26,623 nt of DNA from a virus (Duplodnaviria; Caudoviricetes), in IMG/VR virus record IMGVR_UViG_3300043414_000156, positions 1 through 26,623 of that record; one strand, 5' to 3'. The position numbers and the translations under genes are program-made. How positions within the stretch are numbered: position 1 is the stretch's first letter; each line of letters starts with the position of its first letter. The notes under the pieces were generated by a model. The model ran no database searches. It was not told the origin of the DNA and saw nothing but the letters and a program-made list of their open reading frames with translations. Positions 7,573-17,200 of this stretch are shown one piece after another.

Positions 7573-9879
7573 ATGTCTTGGGACGCACCATACCCAGAGT
7601 GGCCTTTACCTCAGCGTAAAGATCCGCTGTATCAACTTTTCACCCAAGACGCAGATACTTTTGGGGGTGATGCTGTCCAACAAAACAATGCACTGTCTAA
7701 TTTTATTGCCCCAACAGTGCCGGATTTCAACGTGAGGCCACCAATAGTAGAACGTGATCCGTTTAACCCAAACTCTGGAATTATTACTGACTATTTTAAT
7801 GAGCCAACAGTGCCGGATTTCAACGTGAGGCCACCAATAGTAGAACGTGATCCGTTTAATCCAAACTCTGGGATCGCTACTGAAGAACCGTTTAACCTTG
7901 CGGAATTATTTAAGAGCGGAGCAGAACCTGCCCCAACAGTACCTGATGTAATCCCAAGAGTGCCGGGCAATCAGTTTGTCCAAGAGGCGGGCCAAACAGA
8001 TCAACCTATTACTCCCGTAGCCGCTAAACCAAAAGACGATAATCTTGATGCGTTAGTACAGCAGATTCTTGGGCAGGGAACAACGGCTAGTTGGAAAGGT
8101 CAGGGCTACGGCTCTGCCGAAGCTAATGCACGTGAGATGGCTAAGATTTTAGCTTCTGCTGGTATCACCAATATTAATCAAGTTGGCATGATTGATGTGC
8201 CGTATGACACGCAGGTACGACCAGACGGGCGTGGCGGGTTTGTTGATTTGCAGGGTAAACCCGTAGATTCAAGTAAAGTTACTGCTCAAGATGTTAGCGG
8301 GGAATCTGGAACTGAGACTGTTTACACGGCTCCAATTACAACTTCAAAACTCCTTGGAAACAAAGAGACTGGGCAACGTATTGTTTCTCCTTTCAGCACA
8401 AGTGAACAAACAAGTCCAAATTTATTTGGTGGAACCTATGAGGGGAAAGGTGCTACGGGTTTTCACGTAAATTTTGACGCTCAAGGCAACCCAATTTTTT
8501 ATACTGGTGATATAGCCCAGAATCCTCTTGGCGATTTAAGTGGCCCTGTTGGAACAATGATTGTCTCCGCCATTGGTGGCCCGTTAGCCGTTGCTGCGTT
8601 AGGTTTAGCTTCTGGTAAAAAACCTATTGATATCATTAAATCCGCAGCTTTAGCTTATGCGGGCGGGATGGCTGGGGATGCAGTATCTGGTATGGACGGT
8701 ATTACAGATGTACTTGGTAAAACAGGTACTGACATTGCGTCTAACGTAGCTAAATCTGTTGTTGGTAGTGGGTTTAAAGTTGACCCGGTTGATGCATTGT
8801 TATCTGGGCTGGTAAACACAGGCGTTAATTCTGCGGCTACTAGTCTTGGTATGGGTGATCTAACTCCAGCTCAACAGAAGATGCTTAATGTTGGCATTAA
8901 TGCTGCAATAACAGGACAGCCACTTGATAGCGCTTTGATGAGTTTGGCAATGGCCGGTGCCGGGTCTTTATCTAAAGGAAATCCAAACACTAATACTGGC
9001 CCAACAGAAAATTTAACCCCTGATCTTGACCCAGATGAACAAGCACAGCTTATAGAAAATAGACTGAACTCAGTTATTGCTCGTTCACAAACCCCTCCTG
9101 AAGAACAGGATGAAAATACGCGAAGGGCAATTGAAGAACTTAAACGCATGTATGGGCCAGCGGAAACAGATACGCTGCCATCAAGCACACGCTCTTTAAG
9201 TGGGACACAGGTTGATGATACTGATGATTTCTTAAAGTCTATTGGCATTAATACCATTGACAAAACGCCTGATAGCAGTCTTAGCAATAAAGATATTGAA
9301 GAAATTATCAATGGCGGTAATGAAGTGGTTGTTACCGGGAACTTAAATAAAGTACCTGTGTCCTCACCCATAGACGACTACTTTAGGACTATTACTAAAG
9401 ATCCTGACAACGAATTAGTTATGACTGCTAACAGACCATATGCGCTTAATCCAACTATTCCTGACTACATAGCACCCGTAGATACAGTCAATGACGACGA
9501 ATTAGTTATGACTGCTAACAGACCATATGCGCTTAATCCAACTATTCCTGACTATATAGCACCCGTAGATACGGTTGATGAATACAACCGTGACTTTGAT
9601 ATTGATGAGATAAACCCAAAGCTGCCAACTGTAGTGCCGGGTATATCAGCACCTAAAGCTGGCGCGGTAAAAACGCCAACCAAAGCGCCCACAGCACCAA
9701 AAGCACCTACAGCAGCAAAGCCCGCTGCCTCATCTGGTATGGATTTATCAAGTTTGTTAGCTTTATTAGCTGCAAGCCAGCAGCCACAGCAGCAAGCCCC
9801 TATGCAAGACCCTTACGCCCATATAAAATTGATGGAAGATTTGTTTGGGTCTACTATTGACGTGAACAGTAACCGGTGA
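7573..9879 (+). CDS. Large acidic low-complexity protein, putative internal virion/ejection protein with internal repeats
   Basis: ORF track starts at TTG 7555; ATG 7573, just after the upstream stop, is preferred (768 aa); G/A-rich hydrophobic centre (PVGTMIVSAIGGPLAVAALGLASG), Pro/acidic arms, two DNA duplications; function from synteny and composition. Confidence 0.7.
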   Translation: MSWDAPYPEWPLPQRKDPLYQLFTQDADTFGGDAVQQNNALSNFIAPTVPDFNVRPPIVERDPFNPNSGIITDYFNEPTVPDFNVRPPIVERDPFNPNSGIATEEPFNLAELFKSGAEPAPTVPDVIPRVPGNQFVQEAGQTDQPITPVAAKPKDDNLDALVQQILGQGTTASWKGQGYGSAEANAREMAKILASAGITNINQVGMIDVPYDTQVRPDGRGGFVDLQGKPVDSSKVTAQDVSGESGTETVYTAPITTSKLLGNKETGQRIVSPFSTSEQTSPNLFGGTYEGKGATGFHVNFDAQGNPIFYTGDIAQNPLGDLSGPVGTMIVSAIGGPLAVAALGLASGKKPIDIIKSAALAYAGGMAGDAVSGMDGITDVLGKTGTDIASNVAKSVVGSGFKVDPVDALLSGLVNTGVNSAATSLGMGDLTPAQQKMLNVGINAAITGQPLDSALMSLAMAGAGSLSKGNPNTNTGPTENLTPDLDPDEQAQLIENRLNSVIARSQTPPEEQDENTRRAIEELKRMYGPAETDTLPSSTRSLSGTQVDDTDDFLKSIGINTIDKTPDSSLSNKDIEEIINGGNEVVVTGNLNKVPVSSPIDDYFRTITKDPDNELVMTANRPYALNPTIPDYIAPVDTVNDDELVMTANRPYALNPTIPDYIAPVDTVDEYNRDFDIDEINPKLPTVVPGISAPKAGAVKTPTKAPTAPKAPTAAKPAASSGMDLSSLLALLAASQQPQQQAPMQDPYAHIKLMEDLFGSTIDVNSNR
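7711..7871 (+). repeat. Intragenic direct repeat, 2 x 68 nt, period 93 nt
   Basis: 7711-7778 and 7804-7871 differ at one base; both encode PTVPDFNVRPPIVERDPFNPNSG. Confidence 0.95.
9405..9578 (+). repeat. Intragenic tandem repeat, 2 x 87 nt
   Basis: 9405-9491 and 9492-9578 differ at about 5 bases (by eye); both encode D[ND]ELVMTANRPYALNPTIPDYIAPVDTV. Confidence 0.95.
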
Positions 9880-9903
9880 TAGCACCGAACAAAGGAAATA
9901 ATT

Positions 9904-12510
9904 ATGCCTTGGACAGCAGATGGCGATTACATTTTTGACGGTACATCCGATACGGACAATACCGGCAACACGGATTACTATACGCCCGGCATAAACCCCG
10001 GACGTACTGATACTATTACAGATGAATACACCTACGACAGTTTAGGTAATCTTTATAAAAATGGTGAACTTTTTCGTGCGGTAGAGCAGCCGGGCGATGC
10101 CCTATATACCCCCGGTTTACCTAGCGTTGTTCCGGGGATTGGCGATGCTAGCGGCGTTGCCGGTCTACTTAAAAAATTATTTGTAAATAAAGACGGTACT
10201 TTAGATCTACGGGCTCTAGGCGCAACAGGCGGCGCATTGGCGGGCTTACTTGGTGCAAACAAATCAACTACAACCCCCTCGGGCTACCAAGGTAAAATCC
10301 CGCAGTATTCTGCTATGCGTAATATGGTTACTGCCCCTCAAGCAGGCAAGCGCCCCGGTGCTGGCGGCACTCGTTATGGTGGTGATGTGTCTTATATGCC
10401 AAAAGGATCTATGCCCACGGGCGGCGGACTTGCGGCTTTGGTTAATAGTGGTGTTGCTGGTGGGTCTACCGCAACAGGCGATCCAATGACTACAGATTTC
10501 CGCGCTACTCCTGAGCAACTAGCGCGTAGCGCAAAGGCTATAAACCCAAATGAATACGCTGTTGAAGCTTATGCTCGTGGCGGATCTACAGGTAGATACT
10601 TACAAGGTGAAACTGACGGCATGGCTGATGAAATTCCCGCTAAGATTGGCGAGGACCAACCCGCAGCTTTAAGCCACGGTGAGTTTGTTATCCCTGCGGA
10701 TGTTGTATCCCATCTTGGTAATGGCAACTCTGATGCAGGCGCACAAAAGTTATACAGCATGATGGACAAGATCCGTGAAGCTCGTACCGGTACAAAGAAG
10801 CAGGGTAAGGAAATCAACCCCGACAAGTTTATGCCCGGCGGCGCGGTTTCTCGTTATGCTGAGGGTGGTATTACCGGATTGGGCTCCGCCGCTAATGCGG
10901 GCGTGACGGGCACAGAATCCAACCTCTCTAATTGGGCGGGCGATTACGTTACCGATATGCTCGGCAAAGGTAAGGCACTTTCTGAGATGCCCTATCAGGA
11001 ATATGGTGGCCCTCTAACTGCCGGTGCTTCTGATCTGCAAAACCAAGCATTTAGTACTGCGGGCAATTTATCCGTTCCCGGTAGCATAGGGGCTGCCGCA
11101 CAAACTGCGGGTGATATTGCTAATAAAGCGCAGGGTATGAACTATACCCCTACTAGTTTTACAAATCAGTTCAACGCACCAGCAGCGTATACACCTACGT
11201 CCGGCCCACAGTATAGCCAGCTAAACGCTGGCAATGTGTCGTCTACATTCCAAGCCCCTGCCGCATATCAAGCTGGCACCTTTGGAAATGCGTTTCAGGC
11301 ACCCACACAGTCGGCTGCAACAAACTTTACAAACCAATTCACTGCGCCGGGCCAGTATCAAAACACCGGCTTTACTTCTGGGACTTTTGGCGGAGAGCAG
11401 GCTCAGCAGTACATGAATCCGTACTTGCAACAGTCTCTTAATCCCCAATTGGAGGAAGCCCGCCGCCAATCTGACATTACCGAGCAAGCAAACAAAGCAG
11501 CAATGACCAGAGCTGGCGCTTATGGTGGTGGTCGTAGCGCTATTCTTGCGGCTGAAAACCAAAGAAACCTTGGGACTAACCTAGCTAACATTACGGGTAA
11601 GGGTTACGACACTGCATACACAAATGCTATGAGTCAATACAATCAAGACCAAGCCCGTAACATGCAGGCTCAACAAGCCTCAGAGCAATCCAAGCAGTTT
11701 GGTGCTGGTCAGTCTATGACTGCCGCAGATATGATGGCTAAATACGGTATGTCCGCCCAACAAGCCCAAGAAGCCGCCCGTCAGTTTAACCAAAGTCAAG
11801 CCATGACTGGTGCTCAGTCCGCGGCTCAATACGGTCTTGCAGGGCAGCAGGCTACAGAAGCCTCCCGTCAGTTTGGCGCAAATCAAGCTTTGCAAGGAGC
11901 CACTACAGCCGGAGCGCAAGGTCTTCAAGCTGCACTGGCTAACCAGCAAGCCGGTCTTACTGCCGGTCAGGGTAACATTAATGCGGCACTAGAGGCTGCT
12001 CGTCAAGGCGAGGCATCTCGACAGTTTGGATCTAGCCAAGGCATGACAGCGGCTCAACAAGCCGCTCAGTACGGTCAAGCAGCACAGGCAGCGGGAGAAC
12101 AATCTAGACAGTTTGGCGCAACCCAAGGGCTAGCCGGTCTTAATACCGCACTTAATGCGGCGCAAGCTCAAGGTAACTTGGGTATCTCTAGCGCAGATCT
12201 TGGCTTACGAAATCTTAAAACCCAAGCTGACATGGGTGCAACACAACGTGGCATCGAGTCTGAAGGTATTGCAGCCGATAAAGCCGCGTTTGAAGAAGCT
12301 AGGGCAAACCCCTATAAGATGGTTCAATACCAACAATCGTTGCTTAGTGGCCTGCCATTAGCCGCGCAAAATATAAACACAGCTCAGCCTAGTACATTCC
12401 AACAGATGTTAGCGGGCGCGGGTGGCGTTGCGGGTATGTTTGGGAACAAAACTAGTTTGACTCAAGACGACGTAAGTGCAGCACTTGCTAAACTGGGCAT
12501 AAAGATTTAA
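9904..12510 (+). CDS. Internal virion / DNA ejection (pilot-like) protein
   Basis: 868 aa; AAAGGA SD; G/A/Q-rich; GETDGMADEIPA...LSHGEFVIPADVV module, YMNPYLQQ...AGAYGGGR motif and ExSRQFG repeats; hydrophobic C-terminal LAGAGGVAGMFG. Confidence 0.75.
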   Translation: MPWTADGDYIFDGTSDTDNTGNTDYYTPGINPGRTDTITDEYTYDSLGNLYKNGELFRAVEQPGDALYTPGLPSVVPGIGDASGVAGLLKKLFVNKDGTLDLRALGATGGALAGLLGANKSTTTPSGYQGKIPQYSAMRNMVTAPQAGKRPGAGGTRYGGDVSYMPKGSMPTGGGLAALVNSGVAGGSTATGDPMTTDFRATPEQLARSAKAINPNEYAVEAYARGGSTGRYLQGETDGMADEIPAKIGEDQPAALSHGEFVIPADVVSHLGNGNSDAGAQKLYSMMDKIREARTGTKKQGKEINPDKFMPGGAVSRYAEGGITGLGSAANAGVTGTESNLSNWAGDYVTDMLGKGKALSEMPYQEYGGPLTAGASDLQNQAFSTAGNLSVPGSIGAAAQTAGDIANKAQGMNYTPTSFTNQFNAPAAYTPTSGPQYSQLNAGNVSSTFQAPAAYQAGTFGNAFQAPTQSAATNFTNQFTAPGQYQNTGFTSGTFGGEQAQQYMNPYLQQSLNPQLEEARRQSDITEQANKAAMTRAGAYGGGRSAILAAENQRNLGTNLANITGKGYDTAYTNAMSQYNQDQARNMQAQQASEQSKQFGAGQSMTAADMMAKYGMSAQQAQEAARQFNQSQAMTGAQSAAQYGLAGQQATEASRQFGANQALQGATTAGAQGLQAALANQQAGLTAGQGNINAALEAARQGEASRQFGSSQGMTAAQQAAQYGQAAQAAGEQSRQFGATQGLAGLNTALNAAQAQGNLGISSADLGLRNLKTQADMGATQRGIESEGIAADKAAFEEARANPYKMVQYQQSLLSGLPLAAQNINTAQPSTFQQMLAGAGGVAGMFGNKTSLTQDDVSAALAKLGIKI

Positions 12511-12519
12511 GGAACCAAT

Positions 12520-14229
12520 ATGAACGGCGGAATAGATCAACTCGTAAATACGTACAAGGGTAATCCACAACCCTTGGCCCAAAAGGTACAAGATGCGCAG
12601 CAACAGGTGCAGCAGCAAACACAACAGCAGTTGCAGCAAGGGCAACCGCCCGGCGCTATCCCGCCCGATTTAGAAGAAGCAATTGCGCTTCAAAAAATTA
12701 GTGAGATGCGCCAAGGCGCACAAAACCAACAAGCCATGCAAGCGGGCGGTGCGCAACCGTCAGTTGTAGAGAAGCTACGCCAGATGCTAGGTAACATGCA
12801 GCAGCAAGGCCAACCACAAATGGGCCAGATGCCACAAGGCGCTCCCGCACCTCAAGGTCAGCCCGTCATGGCAGCGCATGGTGGCAGTATTGACCAGCTA
12901 ATGTCTAACCTTGGGCGTCACTACGCGGGCGGCGGTATTGTTGCGTTTAATGAAGGTGGCAACACATCGTCCCAGTTTGTGCAAGACATCGGAAAAATAC
13001 CCCAAGCGTTTGATGACTTAAAGGAACGTGCTCGTGAAGAGGATAGAATTAGGGCGGAAGAAGACAAACGTATGGCGCAGTACAAGCAAGATAAGTTAGC
13101 TGCCCAGCAAAAAACCAGCTTTTTTAATTATTTGTTTGGTTCTCCTGAGCGCGAAAAAGAAGGTCAAACTAAGCTTACAGAATTGTCAAATGCTCAACCT
13201 TCTAACTCTGCGCCAGCAGTTGAGCGAGGCCGTCCTACAATGATTAATGATCCTCGACTGGATCCAAATTACAATACAACGCCTACTGGCCCCGGCGCTG
13301 CAAAACCTGCTCCTGCTCCCGCTCCTACGCCTGCCCCTACACCAAAACCTAATATTGGTAACGTAAATGTTACTCAGCCCGCTGCGCCCGCCAAGCCCGC
13401 TGCAGAAATGGACCCCATGGAAACGGCTATCCGCAATAGCATCATGAAAACCATGGGGCAAGACTCGGATGAAGTGCGTAGGAAAGCAATTGAAGCTAAT
13501 GCAAAAGCTATGGGTTTAGATGCGCTACTTAAACCTGCGCAAGATCGCGTGACTGCTCGTGAGGCAATGATTAAACAGATCCAAGAAGACCGTACCCCCG
13601 AATGGGTTAAAGGTTTGCAAAGAGCAGGCCGTGCAAACCCCCGTAGCGGTATTGGTGGATTGCTTGGTGAACTTGGTGCAGGTACTTCTGAAGCTCGTGA
13701 TGCATACAGTGCGGAAAACCTTAGATTCCTTGACGAACTCAACAAACTTAACTCTGATATTGACAAAGCCAAGATTGAAGGCCGCTACAAAGATGTGGCT
13801 GCTGGTGAAACAGCTATTAAAGATCTTATTGCTGATAAGCGTCAGGCAGAGCAGTCGGGTACAAGTTTGCTTAATACCAAGGAAAATGCAAGAACCCGTG
13901 AGCAAATAGCAAAAGATGCTCTTGCCGGACGTATGCAATCCGCTGCTCAACACGCACAAAACCAAGCGCTCGCTCGAGAAGATAAAACAGATGCCGGTTA
14001 TCGTGAACAAGCTATGAAGTTGGCTATGGCGGCAGCAGCTAAAGAAAAACAACTACCTGCCAACATGGTTAAATACAAAGATACTACCGCAGAGCAGTTG
14101 GCAGCAAGTATGTACGACCGTATTTACAACGCGCTCAAATCCGGTAAAATGGGGACAGCCCCTAGCGCAGAAAGCCCTAGCGGAACCCCTGCCGATATTA
14201 ACGCGCTCCTGAAAAAATACGGGGGCTAA
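12520..14229 (+). CDS. Internal virion / ejection protein, Q-rich N-terminus and helical C-terminal half
   Basis: 569 aa; AAGGA SD; Q-rich arm, three xAxGG-type motifs, PAPAPAPTP linker, long predicted helices; lies between the pilot-like and polyvalent genes. Confidence 0.72.
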   Translation: MNGGIDQLVNTYKGNPQPLAQKVQDAQQQVQQQTQQQLQQGQPPGAIPPDLEEAIALQKISEMRQGAQNQQAMQAGGAQPSVVEKLRQMLGNMQQQGQPQMGQMPQGAPAPQGQPVMAAHGGSIDQLMSNLGRHYAGGGIVAFNEGGNTSSQFVQDIGKIPQAFDDLKERAREEDRIRAEEDKRMAQYKQDKLAAQQKTSFFNYLFGSPEREKEGQTKLTELSNAQPSNSAPAVERGRPTMINDPRLDPNYNTTPTGPGAAKPAPAPAPTPAPTPKPNIGNVNVTQPAAPAKPAAEMDPMETAIRNSIMKTMGQDSDEVRRKAIEANAKAMGLDALLKPAQDRVTAREAMIKQIQEDRTPEWVKGLQRAGRANPRSGIGGLLGELGAGTSEARDAYSAENLRFLDELNKLNSDIDKAKIEGRYKDVAAGETAIKDLIADKRQAEQSGTSLLNTKENARTREQIAKDALAGRMQSAAQHAQNQALAREDKTDAGYREQAMKLAMAAAAKEKQLPANMVKYKDTTAEQLAASMYDRIYNALKSGKMGTAPSAESPSGTPADINALLKKYGG

Positions 14230-14242
14230 TAAGGACTAAGCA

Positions 14243-17200
14243 ATGGCTGATTTGAACGCTCTATACCAAGCACTTCGCAATGCAGACGCTGCGGGAGATA
14301 CGGATGGAGCCAAACGGCTGGCGCAATACATTCAGCAAAATCAGGTTGCCGCTCCAATTCCGGAAGCTAAACCTGCTCCGTTTTCTTTTTCAGATACCGC
14401 TATCGCTGCGGCACAAAGTGCTTTAGGTGCAACTAAATCCACCATAGAAGGTGTAACAGGTGCAGGCAGTACACCCGGCGAGTTCCTTGAAGGTTTGCAA
14501 AAAACGCTTGGAGAAAATTTAACTCCAGAACGCAAAGCCGAAATCCAACGTCGCAATGCGTTAGAAAAGCAAGCTGCCGAAACCGGCAAACCCCTAGAAG
14601 AAATTGCCGCTGGTCTTGGCGGGGTTAAAGAAGCCCCGGTTACTACATTTGCACAAGCCGTAGGATCTTCGGTACCTACCGTCTTGTTGGGTATGGGGGC
14701 TGCCGCATTAGGCGCTACCGTAGGTGCTCCCGTTGCTATTGCTGCGGGTGTCGGTATTGCTACTAAGTATTTAATTGGCGCTATTCAAGGAGCGGGCGAA
14801 GTTAAAGGCTCCATATATGATGCTGTAAAAGACAAGTTAGTAGACAACAATGTTCCTGAAGCTGAGGCAAAACGACAAGCTACCGCAGCTCAAGACTACT
14901 TAGGTAAAAACTGGGACACGATTGCGCAGGGCTTGGGGTTAGGTGCGATTGCTGGCGGCACCGGTGCTGAGACAGAACTTCTTAGACGATTCTCTAAGCC
15001 AGTAGCCAAACAGATTGCGGCTAAAGAAGCCGCCAAAATTGCTGAGAAAGGCGCTGTTCGTGAGTTTGGGGAAGCAATTGGAAAAGAAACACTTACTGAA
15101 GGTCTGCAAGGCGGGCAGCAGCAGTACGCAGAAAATAAAGCACTTACCCGAGAAGGCTACCTTACTGATGCAATGAAAGGTGTGTACGGCGCTGCGGCAC
15201 GCGATGCCGCTATGGGCGCTATTGGCGGTGGTGGGGTACATGCCCTTGTTGGGCGCACTGAAAAAACTGCACCAACTCCAGAACCTACACCAGAACTAGG
15301 CCCACAGGTAGCACTCGAAGCTCCTGTAGGTACACAAGGCGCGTTGTTTGAAGAAGCGGCTAAAAAGACCGCAGAGCCAACAGCTATTCCCCCTGCTACA
15401 TATGCTGAATTGATTGCTGAGCGTGAGCGTTTACAAGCCGAGCCAGTATCCCCCGAAATACAAACGCAACTTGACGCCATTAACACACAGTTAGCGGGCG
15501 GTAAAAACGAAGCGCAGCTCGGCCTTGGCTTGGATTTTCAACGCGATTATGCGGACTTACTCAAAGAACGCGAAGCACTCAAACAGCAACCACAAACTCC
15601 TGAAGTTAAAACTAGAGTTAACGATCTGACCGATCAAATAATGTCGCTTCATGAAAATGAAGTTGCAAGCCTACGTGCTGAAAAAGAAATAGATACTGAG
15701 ACTCGCAATAAATTTCCCGGGCTTGCTACCGAACCTGCACAACAAGGACTGTTCCCTGAGGTTGACGTGGTACGTCCTGAGATTGCGGAACCTACGTTAG
15801 CTAAACCAACCACATCTGTACGGCAGGAAGAAGCCCGTCGTAGGCTGCAGGCAGCTCAAGACCAAGAAGCCGCTGATATAGCGCAAAAAGAACAAGAGCG
15901 TAAAGGCGGGCAGTATCGGCTGCCACTGCGCAACGTGCCTGAAGAAAGAAACGTTAACCGTAACTTAGAAATTCCCGCACGCCCAACCGAAATTACCCAG
16001 CAGGACTTAGACGATATTGGCGTTCCCCTGCGCACCTCCCAAAAATGGATGGAGCAAAACGTCCTTGGTAAAACACCTGCCGAAATTCAAGTGCTAGTCG
16101 GCAATAACCCAGACCTATTGTTAGGCACGGGGTCCCGCGCTCAAATCTTGAAATATCTAACTGCACCCGTACCTGAAGGCTTTAAGGAGGAACCCCGTGT
16201 CACGACCCCTACCAAGACGAATCAACCTGAGCCAAGACCTCAGCTCCGAAGAAGTGAGCCAAGCGTGGAAGTATCTGGTGAGCCTGCCAGCCCCGAGTTA
16301 CTACGACCCCGACCCAAAGTACCCGCCCCCACCGGAACATCTACAACACCTGACGGACTCAGACTGGCACCTGCTGGACAACCTGCTAGCGAGAGAACTA
16401 ATGTTGCGGGAGAGGCTAAGCCTACACTAAATGCGCCAGTTTCTACTCCTGCTGCTCCTAAGCCTACTACCCCTGCCGCACCTGTTGCAAAACCAACGGT
16501 GGCTGCTAAACCGGCTCCTAAAGCTGCCCCTGCCGAAACGCCTAAAGCACCGCCTACTCTTAAAGCTGTTGAGCCTGTAAAGAGCCGGTACGAGCGCCTA
16601 TTAGATATTGCTAATGACGAAACTATCCCCCTTGCAACTCGTAAGCAGGCTGAGAAAAACATGGATGCGTTGGATGACCCAACATTAAATACCAGCAAGG
16701 AAGATCGCAAAGGCAACGAAGACTATGTTGACAAGTTTTTAACTCGTGTCGAAGGGCTGCGTTCAGTTTCTACCGCCGAAGGGCAATCGCTTGATAGCTT
16801 AAAAGAAGAAATTAAAAATACTAAGGGTGTTCTGGGTAACGCATTGCGTCGCATGGTTGAGTCTGGCAAAGTTGTGTTGGAAGATGCGCACCCATCTGGC
16901 AAAAAGATTGGTGGTTTCTACGATGGTGAAAAGGTTACGCTATATGCAAACAGTATTTCATCCGGTAGCTCGATGGCGGTTGCATTACACGAAGTTGGTG
17001 CCCACCTTGGCATGGAACGATTGCTCGGTAAAAAACAATATAACGCTGTAATTGATCGTATCCTAGATATGGTTGCCAAAGCAGACGGCTCTACCGAAGC
17101 AAAGATGGCGCAAGCCGCATACAAACGCATTCCCGTGTCTGATTTTAAGCGCGGTGTGGGTCGTGATGAGATGGTTGCCTACTTCGTCGAAGAGATGGCT

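Noticed and set aside
7711-9578. Near-identical repeats as DGR TR/VR pairs or a CRISPR array
   Set aside because: Only two copies each, in frame within one CDS; mismatches include C/T changes rather than being adenine-specific; no reverse transcriptase or cas gene in the window
13300-13400. PAPAPAPTP and KAPT/KPAP low-complexity runs (also 9650-9730 and 16430-16560) as functional DNA repeats
   Set aside because: Codons are degenerate; consistent with ordinary Pro/Ala protein linkers
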